Shown in pieces: positions 14,258-28,326 of a stretch of 64,000 nt of DNA; the stretch's first letter is position 1, and each line of letters starts with the position of its first letter. The stretch spans positions 23,064,001-23,128,000 of the forward strand of contig NC_135888.1 of assembly GCF_964194155.1 (NCBI RefSeq), written 5' to 3'. The position numbers were made by a program, and so were the translations under genes. The notes below the pieces were generated by a model. The model ran no database searches. It worked only from the letters and a program-made list of their open reading frames with translations, and had not been told where the DNA came from. The stretch comes from Cetorhinus maximus. Its lineage: Eukaryota.

Positions 14258-15050
14258 AACAACCAGTTGCGTTTACATAGTGCCTCTAATGTCCCAATGC
14301 ACTTCACAGAAACGTAAGCAGACAAAGATCGACACCAAGCCAAAGGAGATATTAGGACAGTTGTTTAAGAAACTTGGTTAGAGATGTAGATTTTAAGGAG
14401 GGTCTTGAAAGAGGACAGAAAGCCAAAACGGTCTAGGGACGGAATTCCAGAGCTCAGGGCCAAGACAGCTGAAAGCATGGCCTCTTGTGGGGGCTTCATA
14501 AGAGGCCAGAGTTTGAGGAGTGCAAAATTCTCAAAGGGTTGTAGGGCTGAAGAAGGTTATAGAGATATGGAGGAATGAGGCCATGGAGGGATTTGAATAC
14601 AGTGACAAAAATTTTAAATTCAAGGCATTGGTGAATTTAGAGCCAACGTAGATCAGAAAGCCCAGGGGTAAGGTTTTATGGCATGGTTCAGGCTGAGTCC
14701 ATGTTTATGGAGCGAGCAAGGTGGGAGGCTGGTCAGGAGAGCATTAGAACAGGCAAGCTTGGAGGTAACAGATGTACGAGTGAGAGTTTCAGCAGGAGAT
14801 GGGCTGAGAAGTAGGGTGGAGACAGGCAATGTTACAGATGTGGAAGTGAGTGGTCTTAGCAATGGAGACAATATAGAATCCAAAGCTCAGCTCAGAGTCA
14901 AATAGGGCACCAAGGCCTGCAATTGGGGGTGGGGGTGTGGGAGGAGCGGTTCCAGTATCAATTGCATGGAGGCCAGGAAGGGAAATTGGGTTTTCAGCAG
15001 TTTAGTAGGAATAGGGTTGAGGGAGCAGCTGGATCTTTTGATTAAGGAGA
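14258..15050 (-). mobile_element. L2-type LINE 3' fragment
   Basis: Minus-strand TSVTSKLACSNALLTSLP resembles L2 FVTSRLDYCNALL.GLP. Related fragments at about 6630-7130, 9015-9390, 13045-13450 and 21190-21430 (-), and 10850-11490 and 50010-50560 (+). Confidence 0.68.
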
Positions 15051-16474
15051 GGACCTGAACGGAGATTGGAGGGAAACTAAATGCAGGCCTGAGGTAGCAT
15101 AAGGGGTTCTGTTACTAGACGAGTAATCTGGAGGCCTGGGTTAATGAGTCAGAGAAATGAGCTTCAATCCTGCCATGGCAGCTGGGGAATTTAAATTGAA
15201 TTAATTTTTAAAAATACCTGGAATAAAATGTTAGTTTCTGTAATGATGACCCAGTAACAAAATGGCCTTGCAGGCCTATCAGTATACCAAACCATGACAA
15301 GCATACCACTGCAGGAATACCTTCACCAGAAGGACTGCAACAGTTCAAGAAGATTGCTCACCACTACTTTCTAAAGGTCAGTTGAGGATGGCCAGTAAAT
15401 GCTGGCCTTGTCAGTGGTGCCCACACCCCATGAATTAATGTAAAAAAAAAACAGAGAAAGAACAAGGATTGGGGAAGGTTACCTTGGTGTGGGAGGGAAG
15501 GATGTGGCGGAGACCACTGGTTGGTCTTGACCTTTGGTGGCCATGGTGACAAAGAAGCCCATGAGCTCTTCATCTATTGGAGGAGGCAGGGAGAGGGTTT
15601 AAGGAGAATTGTTGGTAGTACAGAAAAGAAGCCAGGGATTATCTTGTCTGGGAGTTTCCCTTAAACTTCTCCCATTGTTTGTTGCCAAGGGAATTGGGAT
15701 ATTGATGCTTTTTTTTAATGTTTCTCACTTTGCTAAGATGCTTGTTCCTAGGGAGACTGTTGTGCGCTGTGGTTAACATCGGTGGTTTAAAATGATCAGT
15801 GTTCATTCTAATTCTGGCACCCTCAATTTTTTCTTTTAAAACAACAAACTTGATGACAAATCTGCTAAGCAAAATGGGTTGGACTTAGTCCATAATACAA
15901 GTGCCCTCAGATTTGTTCATTGCAGTTAGCAATTCATTAGTTTCCTCCGAGCAGAATGATGGACTGGTGATATACAGAACACTAATGTTGTGGAGGAAGG
16001 GGAGAATTGTCAGGTTAATATAAACAGAAAGAAACTCTGTGTCTAGTTTGATAATTGATCTGTGATTACCTCATGCTATCTGTGCAGAGTGGGAATAGTC
16101 TGATTCCTTAAAAGGGGAAGGAAAATATAGCAGCATGCTGCTTAAGCTACGTATTCACTCCCCTTGTCTACAATCTTGTTTTTAAAAAATTTAAAATCCC
16201 CTTTTTAAAAAGCTTTTAATTTTAAGTTTCCCAGCCTAGACTTGTGTGACATTCCTGGGTGGAGATGCCTGCATTCTGCAACACCTGTATTCATCACAAT
16301 AGGATTACAGCTTTGCTCTGATCCGACGTAGATCCAGGACTAGCCAGCCCTTAATGCCTGCACAAGTGTCCGGTTGTACAGCATCATAAAGTGCACACTG
16401 CCATTGCGTCGCCCATTTCAGTCTTTACCATCCTCCAGTACGTTGCAGTTGGTGAGATTTTCCTGGAAACATCA

Positions 16475-16915
16475 ACCCTTAGGAACACGCCCGTTGAACC
16501 TGTTCCACCACCATTTAATTACATAATTACAGATCTGAATCTCAGCTCTATTCTCCAGCTTTGATCCATATCCCTTGATTCCCCATATCTAACAAAAACC
16601 TATCATACTTGCCTTGAAAATTCAAATTGACCCTCAGCATACACAGCCTTCAGGGGGATGCATGTTTCAGATTTCCACTACCCTTTGTGTGAAAAAGTGT
16701 TTCCTAATTTCACTCCTAAATGACCTAGTTCTAATTATAAGACTGAGACTACCTGTTCTGGATTCCTCCTCCAGAGTAAATAGTCTCGCTGCAACTAACC
16801 TGTCAAATTCTTTAAATGTTTTAAACACGTGGATTGGATCATCCTTCAATCTTATAAACTCAAGCAAACACAGCAAGTTAATACAACCTAGCCTTAACCC
16901 TTTTAGCCATGATAT
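16475..16915 (-). mobile_element. CR1 3' fragment
   Basis: FRSEIRKHFFTQRVVEI motif. Similar short CR1 tails at about 815-1175, 7795-7980, 20590-20958, 26950-27130, 32385-32780, 36760-37200, 51075-51476, 51930-52410 and 55578-56030. Confidence 0.7.
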
Positions 16916-17738
16916 CAAAGCTTCATTTTCTTTTGCTTTTGCACGTCCTTCATTGTGCTGGAAAATGGGATTAGAATAGTTAGGTACTTGTTTGACCGGC
17001 GCAGACTCGATGGGCTGAAGGGCTTTTTTCTGGGCTGTAGACCTCTATGACTCATAAGCTAATCATCTTCAGGTCCCCAAATTTATTTGAGTAGTAGTTC
17101 AAAGAAAAGACTAATTGTTTTGTATTGGAGAGTTGATCACTGAAAATAATGGTTTTAGTTTAGCCATCACTGCTGGACCCGTAGCTGTTGAGTTCACAGA
17201 CTGCACAACAGGACCTTTGGAAGCAAGCTTGAGTGAGGCTTTTCTCTTAAAGTTCAATTTGCCTTTTCCAAAATTGGAGTATCTATCTTACCTAGAACCA
17301 TTTCGTACACAACATTAGATCTCAAATTTGAAAACTGTTAAGTACTTAGTTTGTATCTGCTTAGTGCAGATAAACTGGCCCTGTAAACTGTGTAAAACTA
17401 TCCTGTAGCATAGCTATTTGTATCCAGATTCATTGCTGTGGCTTTCCATTATGGTATCATCGCGAAGCTTTCCTCTCACTAATGCACCTCCATATCTCTG
17501 AATCCTGAAAGGTGATTTCTGCTTTTGGCACATAGCCATCAATCTTAAAAAGCTAATCAGGACGACTGAGGCCGAGAGCCAAGTTTCTGTTAACTCTTAT
17601 ACAGCTGACTTTTTTGTTTAAAACAAAATTCTTGTATGCATTTCCTTTTTTTTACTTCTGATTTGTTTTGTGTGTTTTAATGACAAGGGCACATTCAATG
17701 TAACATAGTGATCGTCTTGGTTCCCCTCCCCTCCACAG

Positions 17739-17860
17739 GCCAGGAATTTGTGGTTCCTGTGACCGGTTTCCTCTGCAAGCTGTGTCACAAATTCTACCAT
17801 TCTGAGTCCACTGCCAGATTTACCCACTGCAAGTCACTGATGCATTTTCAGAACCTTCAG
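17739..17860 (+). CDS. CIZ1: CIZ1 exon, matrin-type zinc finger ([41 protein letters not shown])
   Basis: Polypyrimidine tract with acag acceptor, donor CAG|gttaga; 122 nt, phase 1/0. CxxC...HCKS..H matrin-type finger. Confidence 0.95.
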
Positions 17861-19897
17861 GTTAGATGGTTGTTCCATGATGTGGCCTGTGTTTCATTCT
17901 CTCCATTTCTCCTCAGTACCTTTTTTTTTCTCTTTCTCTTCTCACCTTGCCCCTCTTCATCAATCTTTAACCTTCATTTATACCTGCCTTTCCTTCTCTA
18001 CCTACTTATCTCTCTCTTATCACTCCTCGCTACCCCTCTCTGCACCCCACCTTCTCCATTGCTCCCACAACTCCCCTCCTGTTCCACCACTCTCTATTTC
18101 TCTGCATCTTTCTCATTCACTCTGGTTTTTCTCTTCTACTTCTGGTGTTTGGTGTTGTCCCAGACTTGCTTTAAAGTCCCTTCTTCTACTGAATGCAGTT
18201 TGATTATTGTGGGAGCAACTAGAATTTTCCAATTTAAACAAAAATGCCCTGATCTTTTTGTCTTTTGCTGCTGTTTGATGTCAAGTTAGTCACATATTCG
18301 TTGCTGGAAACTTGTACCATGCTGTTTCAAGTTTTCCCCTATTCAGTGTACCTCTACTCATTAACAGGTCAATATGACCATAAACTTGTTTAGATTTAAT
18401 CTTTCTACACTCCCTCCCTCAATTAACTTGGTAATCCTGGAAATGAGCAGTATTGGGTATCTTTAGGTACCAAACAAGCTAGAAAGGGATGGCATTAACT
18501 TATTTCCAGCAATCTCAGTTCAGCTTATTTATGGACTTGAATCAACAGGGGACAGCTATCAGATTTGGGACTGAAATGGTGTTGCTCAGAGAGGCTGTGG
18601 GAGCAAAGTGTTTTTTTTAAAGTTGCATCAAAGTAGATTTTGAGTTTGGGTTTGAGGTACATTGTTTAGGCAAACAAGATTAGTTCTGCTTTACACCTGT
18701 CCTTAGCAAGCCCTTAGATGTGTTTACTGTGAAGAGATTCCCCCCGCCAAAAATGATGAGATATTGATACCTTTTTGATGGGAAAATTGGAGCAAGTCTG
18801 TGACCCGTTATGCATTCACCTTTTATTGAACTGTTTGTGTTGATGTTGTTTTACATTGTGAGTTTCGTGTGATTTGTTCTATGTTTGAGATATTTGTGGA
18901 GTATTGTTGCAGCCTAATAGTCACCTGTCTCACGTTGATTCATCTTTCATTTCAATATTCTCGTCTAGTTTGTACTTTCAAAGTCTGTGTGCCTAGAACG
19001 TATATCCACTTTCTTTACTTGCAATCCATGTGGTTTCACATTTCTCCTCCTTTCAACTTGACATTACAGCATTATCTCTCTTGACATGTTAATTGTTCTA
19101 CAGAAAGTAATTAAACAAAAAGTTATGTTGTCAATTTTACATTTCAGTTCAGGGCTGATTTGCTGCATCCACCCCTAAGCATGCTGCCCTGAGCACAAAA
19201 CTAAGGAAAGGCTCCACAAAATGCAAGTGGAGCAGACTCAGGATTTGGAAACAGTCAGATTTTTGTTTGTGTCCCTGTCGTGCAAGTGCACCCATCACTT
19301 TCAAGCCAAGCAGCGATAGATGATTTGTAATGATGCGTTTGATCCATCCCCAGCGTTTATAGGTCAAACAAATGTGGCTTGTTCATAGAATCTTTCAAGT
19401 AAATATGTTACCAGACTCAATTAAGGTTGATTACCAACCTTAAAGCCTCATATTTCACTTTTTCTAGTCCATTTCATTAAAATTCAAGTGTACTTGTGTT
19501 TTGGTGGTATAGTTCTACAGCATGCCATATGTTTTTAAATTTCATATGTCATTGAGGTCAATGGGAACAATGTTTTTTTTTTATATGTATTTTTTCATTT
19601 CATTATTGGCTTGCTTTCATAGGATTTGATCTAAATTTTTGAGTCTCAGAGAGAAAAGGTCTTTAGTCTTTTCTGACCTCTTGATCTTGCTGGGTCAAAG
19701 GTACTTAAATAGCATCACTGTGACCATTGTTCAGATGATGTTTAGATAATTTGCACTTTCACACCTGCTGATGGTCCATTGTATTCACCTGGGGCTGGGA
19801 TCACTGGCGGTGCCTTTTTTCATAGATGGGATTGAGACATGTGCCAGATGCAAGTAGACTTCTTAAGAGTCAGTTATGAAACAAGCTAAGAGGACAG

Positions 19898-20091
19898 GAA
19901 CAAAAATAGAAAATATTGGAAATACTCAGCAGGTCAGGCAGCATCAATGGAGAGAGAAACCAAGTTACATTTCAGGCCTGTGATCTTTTACCAGAAGTTT
20001 CTCTCTCCACAGATGCTGCCAGACTTCCTGAGTATTTCCAGCATTTTCTGTTTTTATTTTAGATTTCCAGCAATTGCAATATTTTGCTTTT
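19898..20091. mobile_element. Older fold-back Penelope terminal remnant
   Basis: ggaaatactcagcaggtcaggcagcatc is followed by its approximate reverse complement gatgctgccagacttcctgagtatttcc. Confidence 0.7.
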
Positions 20092-21916
20092 GTAGAAAGA
20101 CAAGTTGCATTGCTGCAAGTCTTAAGTAGTTTCAATGTGTACCTGTTCCTGTACAAATAGCTAATGCTTGGTATCTGGGCACAGATTCCACATAGATCCA
20201 CATGCATTTTGTTTTTCTCAGCTTGCAACTGCTTTTTTTGTGTGAGGTCCTAGAATGGGCGATAGCGACATCGTAGAAGAATCAACCAACACACACTTTT
20301 TGGTTCCCAGTTGGTGAAATTTTTGCTTCAACATATTCAGTATGAATCACTCTGCTTTTACAATACCACCTACTCCAGCTGAATTAGATTTCAGGGCTGT
20401 TCCAATGGAGTTCCTTATAAAATAAAATCAACACCCTGTCATATTTGAATGCTCATCACATCTGCCACATGGTTAAAACACTAAGTAGCAGGAGGCAGAC
20501 TTTTGATAGGCACAAATTAGAATGGAGGGATATGATCATGTAGCCTTGGCCAGTAGTTGACATCTGGAGCAAAGCTGGAAAATAGTGGATAGAGTAGTTA
20601 AAAATCATAAGGGGTTTAAGATAAATTGAATACAGAAAAAACTGTTTCCAGTTGTTGAAGGGTCACTAACAAGGGAGCACATTTTAAGGTGATAGGCAAA
20701 AGAACCAGAGGCAACATGAAGAAAAACCTTGTTTAGAATTCAGAATGCACTGCCAGATGTGGTGGTGGCTACAGATTCAATAAGTAATAGCTTTCTAAAG
20801 GCAATTATAGAAATACATACTTGAAGGAGAAAAAAATCGCAGGGATATGGGATAAAAGAGGAAGGAGTGGGACTGACTGGATTGCTCTTCAAAAGAGCCA
20901 GCACAGATTCGATGGACTAAATGGCTACCTCCTGTGATGTGCTGTACTATGATTCTAGATATTCTTGGCTGTAAGATTTTCAGAATGATTAACGAACTAG
21001 GTGGTTTGGTCTTGTTAATGGAATACATAATTGTAGTCAGGGAAAAATTTTTCATTGGCAGTGGTTTTCAGATGGACTTGTTGGGGTTGAGTGCAAGAGA
21101 TCTGTTACCACATTGGGAGCATGTTAAGACAGGGGTGTTATCAAACAAAAGTTGATTGTGAGCTATGTGAGATTACAACATGTGACCTTAAGCTTGATCA
21201 AAGAAGTATGTTTTAAGGTGCATCTTGAGAGAGAGCTGGAGAAGGATAGGAGGGAAGTTCCACAGTTTAGGACCAAGGCAGCTGAAAGCATGGCTGTCAA
21301 TGCCAGAGTAATTAAACCAGGGGGATGTGCAAGATGCCAGAATTAGAGGAACGCAGAGATCTCTGAGGGTTATATGTTGGAAGGAGGTTACAGAGATAGG
21401 ATAAGGCGAACCCCTGGGGCACTTTGAAATCCTTCGAAATAATGTATAAATGAAGCTAAGTATTGGTAAGGTGAGTGAGTGGGCTGCTTTTTTGATGGGC
21501 AGGTGTCAACTGATAATTGAAGTTCATCATGTAACAAGTTGTACTACTGAGCTTGTAGTATTTGGGCTCTTTCTCAGGCAATGGATTGTGATGTTGGGTT
21601 GGGTGCTAAGCAGAAACTGGATAGTTCCCATAAAGTGGAATGGGAAGTTGGCAAGTAACATTCTCACTAACTTTGTAACATCAGTTACAAGGCAGCACAT
21701 GACTAAGGAGCAGATCACTTCCTCGTATACTCAACCAAGGAAGGGCAAAGAACTGGAACTTGGAAGGGAAAGCAGTGCTTTTTATAAATTAGTGACATGC
21801 TCCAATCAGTATCAAAAACTAATATTGGTTTGACTGAAAGTATATATTTTGTCATGATGACTCCCAATGTTTTGGTGCCTTTGCCCATTTTTTTTGTGTT
21901 TTCTTTGTTCAAACAG

Positions 21917-22624
21917 CGTTACAAAGCACAAAGAGCCCAAGATTATTTATCTGCCTCTGCTCAGGAACCAGCTCCTTCCGCAGGGAGCAGCCTTGGTTCA
22001 ACAGATGATCACAAGCAGGTGGAGACTGATGAAAAATCTACTGAAGCCACTGCTAGCAAGCCCAAAATGGAGGAGGTGAATTCCATATCTGAGGCCCAGG
22101 CTCCTGCACTGTTGGGTGATGGTACCGTTCCCCATGTGGACGAAGATGGTGCTTCCCATTCGCAAAGTGTTCAGCTCGAGAACCCAAGTGGTGGAACTGG
22201 AGTGATCTCTGGCAGTGCACCCACCACGGAATTTGATTGCAAACTAATTGTCATCCCTCTCTCAAATGATGAGGCACCGAGCAGCCCCAAGGAAGCGGCG
22301 GAGCAGACAGCCGGTCCTGATAAGTGTGAGGCGAGTTCTATTGCTGGCAGTGAGGTAGTAGATGACCAAGATGGGAATGAAGAGTGCGACCTGAGCTTGA
22401 CCAAAGCTGAGGAGCCTAGTGAAGCAGAGGATGGTGAGGAGGAGCCCCTGGCTGATGGCTGCCTGGCAGAGAAGGAATGCGAGGAGGTGAATGTCAAAGG
22501 GGAAGATAATGAGGCTGAGGCTGAGCTTGAGGATGATTGTAGCCACCTGGAACGCAACACCCCAAAAACAAGATCCGGGAGGGCAGCCAGAGGCCGTCGT
22601 TTCTCCTCGAGACGGAAGAAGTAA
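21917..22624 (+). CDS. CIZ1: CIZ1 last coding exon, 235 aa acidic low-complexity tail ending RGRRFSSRRKK*
   Basis: T-rich acceptor ...ttcaaacag at 21915-21916. The exon starts RYKA (CIZ1 has KYKA after the matrin finger) and stays open to TAA at 22622-22624 (ORF 21797..22624). Confidence 0.88.
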   Translation, partial: RYKAQRAQDYLSASAQEPAPSAGSSLGSTDDHKQVETDEKSTEATASKPKMEEVNSISEAQAPALLGDGTVPHVDEDGASHSQSVQLENPSGGTGVISGSAPTTEFDCKLIVIPLSNDEAPSSPKEAAEQTAGPDKCEASSIAGSEVVDDQDGNEECDLSLTKAEEPSEAEDGEEEPLADGCLAEKECEEVNVKGEDNEAEAELEDDCSHLERNTPKTRSGRAARGRRFSSRRKK

Positions 22625-23654
22625 ATTAAAAATCCAAATCCTTTTTTCTGGAGTAATTTATACCATGGTTGGGATAAATCTGGGTTTGCCACGATGTTAG
22701 GTTCACAGTGGACTGTCTATCAGTGGTTGTGTGTTTTTCTTTCATCAGTGAGAGAAGAATCATGTGCAAGTCCACTGCTGATTATAAACTAGTGTCCCAA
22801 TGCAGTACCTGTTCAAAAATATTTTACCACCCTCTTATGGATTATAAAGTAGAGGTGACTGCGGTGCTCCAAAGATTTTAGTATTGTAACTTAGAGCATT
22901 CGCTTTCAGTGTTTTCTTTTGGAAGTAACATCACTGCAGTCTTTACTTTGTGTACTGCTGCTGTTTGAACACTGTCCCTTCACTGCTGACACCTGAACCT
23001 TGGGTATTGTAAAACAAAGTAATTCCTTGTAGGCTTGAAACCCTATCTTATATCTCCTTTCAAATCAGCAGTTAGTTATGGAAGATATTGAGATGTCACA
23101 AAACAGTGGAGTTGCTCCTACTTTGAACCCTTTGCTGTGTGACCATTGCACAGAAATGCATTGCAACCTTGTCACTTGGTGTGAAGTAGAAAATGGAAGC
23201 ATTTCACAGGATCTTGATAAGTGTATATCACTTCTAAAAAAATATATCATGCGCACCTCACTTGGTGTAAGATAGACAACAGTAATTTTCACACTGAGCA
23301 ATTGCAGTTCATTTTTGCACGAGTTGCACACTTGCATTGACAGACGATAGAAACATAACTTAGCATACACTGAAATACACTAACCTGTTTGCTATCCAAT
23401 TCCCTGCATTGATTTCAAAAATTCTCATGGCTATCTGCCCTCTCTTGAAGCACCAGCTGGGGGATGAGAGAGAATGGGTGCAAGTTTTGGGGTAGGGTGG
23501 TATCTTGACTGAATTATCATGGTGGAAAGTAAGGCTTATAAAAGAGAGCATCCCAGTTTCTATGCTTGATGGGTGGGTGGATCAGCTCAATGGGTGTTTC
23601 TTTTGCATGGCTTGGATCAGCTGTGATGGATTAAAATGAAACAGTTTATGGGGA

Positions 23655-24030
23655 ATAGTTTTTTTCTTTCATGGGATGTAGGCATTGCTGGCAAGGCCAG
23701 CGTTTGTTTCCCACCCCTAATTGCCCTTGCGCCGAGTGGCTTGCCAGGCCATTTCAGAGGGCAGTTAAGAGTCAACCACATTGCTGTGGACCTAAAATCA
23801 CATGTAGACCAGACCATAACTAAATGACATTAATGAACCAGCTGGGTTTTTACAACAATCGGTGATAGTTTCACGGTCATCATTATAGTTCTAACTTTTA
23901 ATTCCAGATTTATTCATTGAATTTAAGTTCCACCAGCTTCTGTGGTGGGATTTGAACCCTCGTCCCCAAAGCATCAGCCCTTGGCCTCTGGATTACTAAA
24001 CCAGTGATATTACCACTACACTACCATCTT
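23655..24030 (-). mobile_element. tRNA-derived SINE (same family as 5262-5600), downstream of the CIZ1 stop
   Basis: Reverse complement of head and body; 3' tail shared with the LINE at 45240-45840. Confidence 0.72.
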
Positions 24031-27000
24031 GTCGTTTGTCCCCCACACCCCCCCAAACAATGACTTACCAAGTCTTCCATCCAAGCATCAACCTGGTACT
24101 GCAAGATGCAACTAAATCACACAGTTCTTACACTGAGCTGAGATGCACAGTATTGTACTGTTCTCCATTTTAGTGGCCATTCAACCAAAATAACACACTT
24201 TAAAATTAAAGGGATTTAGGATCTGTGTGATGCTAGCCCATCCCTCAGTATTTTGAGAAGACGTTGGTGGGCTGCCCTCAGTTCCCCTTGACCTGTTCCC
24301 ACAGTGGGAGAATTCCAGGATATTGAGCCAGTGTTGGCGAAGGAATGACAGTACATGTCCAAGTTAGAATGGTGTTCTCTTGGCATTGCTGCTCTTGTCC
24401 GTCTGTGTGGTCATGTTTGCAGGGGAGGGGAGATGCTGTTCAATTATGTTAATTAAGTTGCTGCAGTGTAGGTGTAGCATTGCCTGGTTGGATGTATTCC
24501 TGATGGTGTAATCACATGACCTCCAACCATGCCGTTCCTCTCCCCCTTCCAACCTTTGGCTGCCCAACGCGTTCAACCTCACAATTCACAGCCTTCCCAA
24601 GCAAGCAGGCTCTTCTTTCAATTGGATGATTCTTGACTATTAGTCAAGGGCCCTATTTTTTTCCACCTCCAATTTTTAAGTAGCTAACAAGTGCAAGTAT
24701 TTTAAGAAATTTCTTTTTAAAAACACACTTTTTTAATGTATCTTTGATTTTTCTCAAAAGGACCGAGCATGAGTAAATGGATTGCTCTGTGGTTAGCTGG
24801 CATGGACTTGATGAGCCAAGTAGCTGCCTCCTGTGCCATAAATAACTCTATGATTCTATTGTTATGATAACCCTGTGTAGTCGGTAACCCTATGTAGATG
24901 GTGCATGCTGCAACTACAGTGCGATGGTGTTGGAAGGAATGGATATTAAGTGCAGTGGCAGGGTGTTGATCAAACTTCTACCCTAACAAATTCATAAGTG
25001 GCTGCCTAGATATGTTGAAATTAGACACGCACAACAGATGAGGGAGGGAATCCTTCCTCTTGGGAATAAGATCTAGTTGTAATTTTCTGCATGCTTTACT
25101 TTTTTAAAAAAACTTGATTTAATTTGTTTTATTAAATAGGGTAATCAGAACATTTTAATTTGTGCTTAAAAATAGTAAGCAGTTTGTCAACATTTGAAGG
25201 AAAGAAGAGTGAGTCCCAGGTGTGGACCCCGCATCAGAACAGTCTAAACTCAAAATGTTATCTTTTCTCATACAAGCCCTGTACATTTCCAGAATTTCCG
25301 GTTACTTTAGTTCAAACCTCTTTAGCCAAAGAAGACATTTAGAAAAACACAATTTTTATTTGGGCGGCCTAATGTAATGCTCACAGGGCTGCTGGTGTTG
25401 AGATATGAAATTACAGCACCATCTAACAGTGCTGGCTGCAGGAAAGTGCTCTTGTAATCCATTGTGGTCTTTGGCTGGATCTGCTTTCCAGACCTGGAAG
25501 TATGTGCCCCCGGTAAGGAGGGTGGTGTGGTGGTTGGTACAGCGCTTAGGAAGGACTCTTGTGTCTTCTCCATTGATTCCTCATTAGCCACTGTGGTAAT
25601 GCAAACACTAACGTTAATTATGCCAACATCTTTTCCAAATAGCGCAGCCAGTGATGTTGGAGTCTTTTTTTAGTTTTTCTTTAATACTTGCTGTTCTGGT
25701 AAACCTGTTTTAAGTCCCTTCTGCCTTTATTCAGCTTTCTTTGAGAGGTTCATTTCATGGTCCGTAAAATAACCAGCGGCCTTTGAGATAATGGAGCCAT
25801 AAAGTGCGGTGGAATTACTGCTTTCCTTGACTTGTTTGAGGTTACCTGGCTGCCCTACTACCCCGCCTCCCCACCCCCTCCAGTGGATATCTTAGGCCAG
25901 TCACTGGATGAGGTTTGCAAGTTTTCTCTTGTTTTCCCCTGCTTGTTGCTTCTTGCCAAGGGCAACTCTAGAAGCTGCCAACACATAGGCATTGCCCCAG
26001 ATGTGGCTACTTAGTGGTGCTGCATGTTGGAACTCCAACCCGCTGGCATCACTATAGTTTCCTTCAAACATAACAGTTGTTTTTTTTGCTCTTTTTAAAA
26101 TCCTTGTGAACAGATAACTGCAGTAACGTTTATTTAAATACGGTTAACAGTCGCATACTGGACTAGCAACACAGAAGTCACTGGTTCTAATTCCACTATT
26201 GTAAAGTTGAATCCAATAAATCTGTGGGCTTTATACCAGAAAAACATATGGTAGTAAAAATATTCAACCAGTGGCTGTCACCTATCCCTAATCTGCTCTA
26301 AGCTGTGTAGTGGCTGGTAAGCTTTCTCCAGGAGTCAAGCTGCCAGCCGCTATTCAGAAAGAAGGCCCACTACCAACACCTGATATCGAGTTACAGATGG
26401 ACAATATACAGTCTCAACCGGTGTTGCCCATATCCCAACAACAATGACATTTTGGCCAATGTAAAACTTGCCCAACAAGTTTCTGTATTCTTGGTTCAAT
26501 GAACCAGTCTGCTCATTTTAAATCAGATTCTTTGGACGCACCTTGCTATTCAAATGTCAAGTCTGCTGCCATGGCTGCAAAGCCAGGGTTTTCTCTCAGT
26601 GCCAGGTTAAGCTGCCTTTGGTTGAGCAAGCGTGAACATTCCTGGCAGTGCAGCCTTTAACAACAGAAAATAAACGGTTAATGAATGTCAACAGTCAACT
26701 GAGTAAAGCCCATGAACCTTAGTTTTGTAATTATGTAAATATTCTGTGAGCAGCAATGAAACTTCATTTTCACCAAGGATAGTGGTTGGAGTGAGGAAGT
26801 GGCACAGCAAAATGAGGTGCCATTTGTGTCTTCCCCGTGCCTCTCCCTTGAAGGGCAGGACTGCCTGGGTTACACAGTTCCATATATGATTACACATCAG
26901 CACTCAATAGGCATAGAGTGGACATACTTCATTTTGTATAGAAGGTGTTAAACATAAGTAGGAGCAGGAGCAGACCATCTGGCCTGTTCCATCATTCAGT

Positions 27001-28326
27001 TAGGTTATGGCTGATCTCCTATCTCAATTCCACTTTCCTGCCATATCCTTTCATTCCCTTAGTATCCAAAAATCTGTCAATCTCTATCTGCAGTGTGCTC
27101 CAACGACTGAGAATTCAGAGCCCTATGAGGTGGAAAGTCAGGGCAGAGCTGGAATCTGAAACATTAGATTCTGCTACTCTAGGTGTTCTCAGGTCAGAGT
27201 TTGTACAGGAGTCTCCAGTATAATAGAATGATATAACAGTGTGAAGAATGCAATAGCTGCCTGAAAGTTTGGAGATAAATAGCCTCATGTTATTTAATTT
27301 GTATAAGTTAACACAAGTAGTGCCAAATAAAGGATAGCTTTGTTGTGTGCTGCCTGAATTGATAGCAGCGAAGTATAGGGCCTTTTTCACATTTGACAAA
27401 CTTCCTGTATCCCAAAACCCAAGTCTCTTCAGTGAAAGGACTGTTTTCCCCATCAGACAGCAGATCTTCATTCCAACTGTCTGGTAGGGATTAAAGCTGG
27501 CGAAAGGAATAGTGTCCTTGCCTCGTGACCGTAAGTAGTGCCCTGCATTCCACATAAATCCTCCAAATAGCAGTCTGTAAAGCCAGAATAGATATGAGCA
27601 TCTGCTATTTTTGATTTTCACATCACTGTCTCATATTAGTTATTTGAGAATCTATTGTCACTCACACTTTGAATAGATGTGTACCTAATCTCACAGTGCT
27701 GTCACTGAGTTGGTCCTGATTTAGAAGAAAAAAAGCAAGAATCCTTTATACTGCTGTCAGCCAAAATCCAGAGTGACCAAATGTTAATAACCTGTGGGCC
27801 TTTTTTGTTATTCTTCCCACAATGTCCATTTAATTCAAACCCAGGTGTCAAGCAGAGGAGATGTGTTCAAGTGAGCCACCAGGTTCCCCGTCAGACCCTC
27901 ATTCCATCTGTTTGGGTTAAAACAAAGATAAAAAGATGCTTAGCCTGTGGAGATCTACTCATGATGACATTTGTTGTTTCTGCAATACTCAAGCCACCTC
28001 ATTCACACTCGTTTGAGGAGGTAGAATAAACACATTGAGGTGCATATACTCTTTACCTGTTTTATATGCATCCTTAACCAAGCTGATTTGTAAAATGCCA
28101 CAATAAATGCATCATCAGCAATTAACTCTTCATTCCTTACAAATCCTCTAGAAACATGACATCTGGATTGTAACAAAGGAATATTTTGGATGGGCAGTGT
28201 TCAATGTATTTAGGGTAATGGGGCATTTAAATGCTACCTTTTTTGGAGATCGATGTCCCTTTTAATGTTATTTTTTAAAGTCATTCATGTTGCTGTTTGT
28301 GAGTACTGTCATTTTTCCTTATTCTA

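Noticed and set aside
17861-18289. Hydrophobic extension of ORF 17708-18289 as a membrane protein
   Set aside because: This is read-through into a pyrimidine-rich intron after a good donor site at 17861.
22171-22692. 173-aa Ser-rich minus-strand ORF
   Set aside because: It is the antisense shadow of the Glu/Asp-rich CIZ1 last exon.
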